The notes under the pieces were generated by a model that was not told the DNA's origin, did no database searches, and saw only the letters and a list, made by a program, of their open reading frames with translations. From Balanoglossus misakiensis (taxonomy: Eukaryota > Animalia > Hemichordata), in assembly GCA_040954595.2 (NCBI GenBank), contig CM082598.2:2823162-2887161 (forward strand): a stretch of DNA of 64,000 nt. The letters are read 5' to 3'. Below are positions 61,302 through 64,000 of this stretch, piece by piece; the first letter of the stretch is position 1, and each line of letters begins with the position of its first letter. A program made the position numbers and the translations under genes.

Positions 61302-62916
61302 TTAAATTTCATAATGTACGGCGGGTTCTGGTACTTGGTCTGGGTCCTTGCCTTTCTCGATGTGTAAATCACTGTACGGGAACTGTTTGGGACTCTGCAA
61401 GAAGAAGACATACACAATGGTCAGCCAACAGGAATTCTTGCTACCTTAAAGAGTCTGTGACATGCCTTACGAAGTTTTCATTTTTCCCCGTCAAAAGCTC
61501 TCCTAGGGTACCTGTCACACACACACATACGCACACACACACTCGAGTACTTACAACTGGCCAGAAAACAGGATACTTCATTCCAAACATAATTAACACT
61601 CCCAGCACAGTGAGTGTACCAAATAAACGCCTAAGCTGGGTGTTACTGCAAAAAAAAAAAAAAATGGAAATGTTAGAAATGCAAAAATTTCACCAATATG
61701 ACTTGCATTGTTGCCTGCTGTCACACAATGACAGGGATTTACACTGCTATCAAATTTTCTTGAGAATCACAAAACCTGTGACAAATAATGACAGTTTCAC
61801 TTACAATGGAGGATTAAATTCTTTGTCCCAGTTGGGTCTGTTTCTCCACATTATATCTTCATCTATATGATACTGAAAAACAAAATAGCGTGCAAAAAAT
61901 TAAATCTCAGTGAGTTCTCTCCTACATTCAGCATGTCATACAGGGTGCAATATATAATGTGATTTGAGAAATGTAAGAATAAAATGCCCACAATGTGATC
62001 ATGTGTACAATGTATTGGTTCTCATGTTAATTACAAATTACATTCCCTAGAAGAACTTACCACATCTCCGTAATTTCTCCTGATATCCGGAAAATCCCAA
62101 TCTTCCCAGTGACTTCTTGAATCCACATGGCATGACGGCAACATGGGATAATCTCCCCATCCTAATCCATCATCCGGATAGGGCTTATAGTCTTCTACTC
62201 TCATGTTATACTTCTTGGCGGCCCTGGCGCGTTCCTCAGGTGTTCTGGGGTACGGTCCTGGGAGCTGATCTTTGGACATCTCCACTGTGGGGGTAAACAG
62301 ATCATTTTTCAAACCATCAGTGTTTTTTGTTGTTGCTAAGGTTGGGAACTCTGGCAATGCTTCCGAGAACAAACAATTGATAAACTGTTAACGAGCAACT
62401 CACACATCTTTCTACTATTGTGAGAACAACGTCACTATTAAAATACACAAACCTGATTTGAGCCTGAAACAGACACAGTAAGCGAAGGTCACAGTAAGGT
62501 CAAACTTTGTAATCAACATCTGAAGGGAACATCATGCAAAGCTAACGAAATGTTATGCTGAATGCATGTTCGGGTATTATTCATAACTAAAATTTGTCAG
62601 AAGTGCGTATAAACTGAACACATTGCTATTATCAATTCAAGGACTACAGCATCTCCGTGACACCGATACCTCTACGAATGGTGTCCATATCTGTCTGCAC
62701 GAAAACTGCATAGCGATCAACACCACACACACGACTTTCAAAGCGATGCAAACATGCCATTCTTGGATACTGTGTCACACCTTGCAAAATAAGTATACAT
62801 CACTTATCATTCTTTCTATGGTTCTACTTACGGTTTCTGGCCTGCAACGCTATGACGCCTCGCTGGCGAAATAACGGGCGCAGTTTCCCGGCTGCTCGAC
62901 ACAGATGGGACGCCAT
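61302..62916 (-). CDS. NDUFB8: NADH dehydrogenase (ubiquinone) 1 beta subcomplex subunit 8 (ASHI)
   Basis: Exons 62916-62832 (basic mitochondrial presequence), 62284-62061, 61872-61805, 61645-61555 and 61394-61302. Motifs [39 protein letters not shown] and C-terminal PKQFPY...VHYEI. Confidence 0.95.
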
Positions 62917-63345
62917 TTTGGACGACCTGTACACGCGTGCGCAAAGAAATTTCGCGCATTGAGCCCTGGGAAAACTGAAATCAACACGAAATCAACACAG
63001 CGAAACTGGACAAGGGTCCTTCCGGGGTTTCTTTGAATTCCGTGTTCGCGACGAAAACGCCAAATCAGCTAATACTAGTTTATGAAGTCATAAACTGTAG
63101 TTTAACAGGTCATTTGATGTACATGTACATAAAAATCCACTGATGGGTCTTCGTATTATAACTATAATAGCAAAGCTGCAATGATTACATGGGTGAACTT
63201 GATGTCAAATGAGGTCACAAGAACATCAGAAGCTCGGTTTTAACATTGCAACATTGTTTTCCCCTTTCTTCAGAACCTGATGGGGATGCCATGAGTGAAG
63301 AGTTCAAGTTTTCGTAAGGGTTGCCATCTCAATGCAGAAAATCGA

Positions 63346-64000
63346 ATGGCTGCTTTAATAGATGGAGCTAGGACACCACAACACTGTAAGTGACAGAACA
63401 ACAAGTTCCCCTCAGTCATTTTACTTTTGAACTATGATCTTCTCAGGGCTATTATTAATTATTAATTTTTTCTTTAATTTACAGCGTTGGATGAACAATG
63501 TAAAGACGGATATGCACGAGTGATTGTAGTGATCGAAGGAATTCGTGCCAAGTCGGTGTTTAAAAGTAAAGAAGCTGGCAATGCTGACGTAACTCTGACA
63601 TTTTCTGATAGGTAAGACATCAGGATGATTGCCAATATTGAAAATGACATCTGGGAACAGAACCGCAAAGAACCAGCCAATGTAAAGATTGAGCCAACTC
63701 TACATCTGATTTTTTAATCAGATTGACTTTTGATGGTTATTAGTACATAAATAATGTGATTTAGGAGTCTTGACCCCATGGCCTTTGATAAAAACAGATT
63801 CATATCATTAAAATTTAAGTGGCTTGATTCAGGAAGTGCCAAATTGAATATGCTGTTGTTGTTCTTTTTTTAACTTTCATTTATCTTTCGTTGTTTGTTT
63901 AGAGAGTTTAACTTGGTGGTGAAGCAGAAAAAGGAGGATGGGACTGAGAATGTCTACCAGCTGTTGGCTAGGACACCGCAGAGTATTGAAGATGCTCCAA
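63346..64000 (+). CDS. Uncharacterized protein, 5' part (runs off the window); possibly CS/HSP20-like beta-sandwich
   Basis: In-frame exons 63346-63385, 63485-63611 and 63903-64000 with canonical splice sites: MAALIDGARTPQHSLDEQCKDGYARVIVVIEGIRAKSVFKSKEAGNADVTLTFSDREFNLVVKQ... Confidence 0.6.

Overview
Eukaryotic, intron-rich, AT-rich genomic DNA from a marine invertebrate. Gene content and repeat style suggest a non-vertebrate deuterostome such as a hemichordate, but this is inference. Gene models were built by hand from GT-AG junctions and frame continuity. In order: an orphan basic Cys-cluster ORF (-), a class A GPCR (-), a probable decayed CUB/LDLa pseudogene (-), a secreted EPN-type C-type lectin (+), an adenosine-receptor-like GPCR (+), STRAP (-), a 3x ~555-bp tandem array, a UCP2/3-like uncoupling protein (+), a 16-exon SMIT1/SLC5A3-like transporter (+), tryptophan hydroxylase (-), an intron-containing tRNA-Ile(UAU), GAS2 (+), NDUFB8 (-) and the 5' part of a divergent unknown gene (+). 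MITE-like elements and microsatellites are also present. The most notable observations are: (1) each 555-bp unit carries a tRNA-like Pol III cassette next to three perfect or near-perfect palindromes; (2) a ~1.1-kb fold-back in TPH intron 1; (3) a UCP2-like 5'UTR exon with a uORF; (4) an intron-rich SMIT1-like gene; (5) clustered CRE, X-box and ETS motifs around TPH. No CRISPR or prokaryotic systems were seen, and no database searches could be run.
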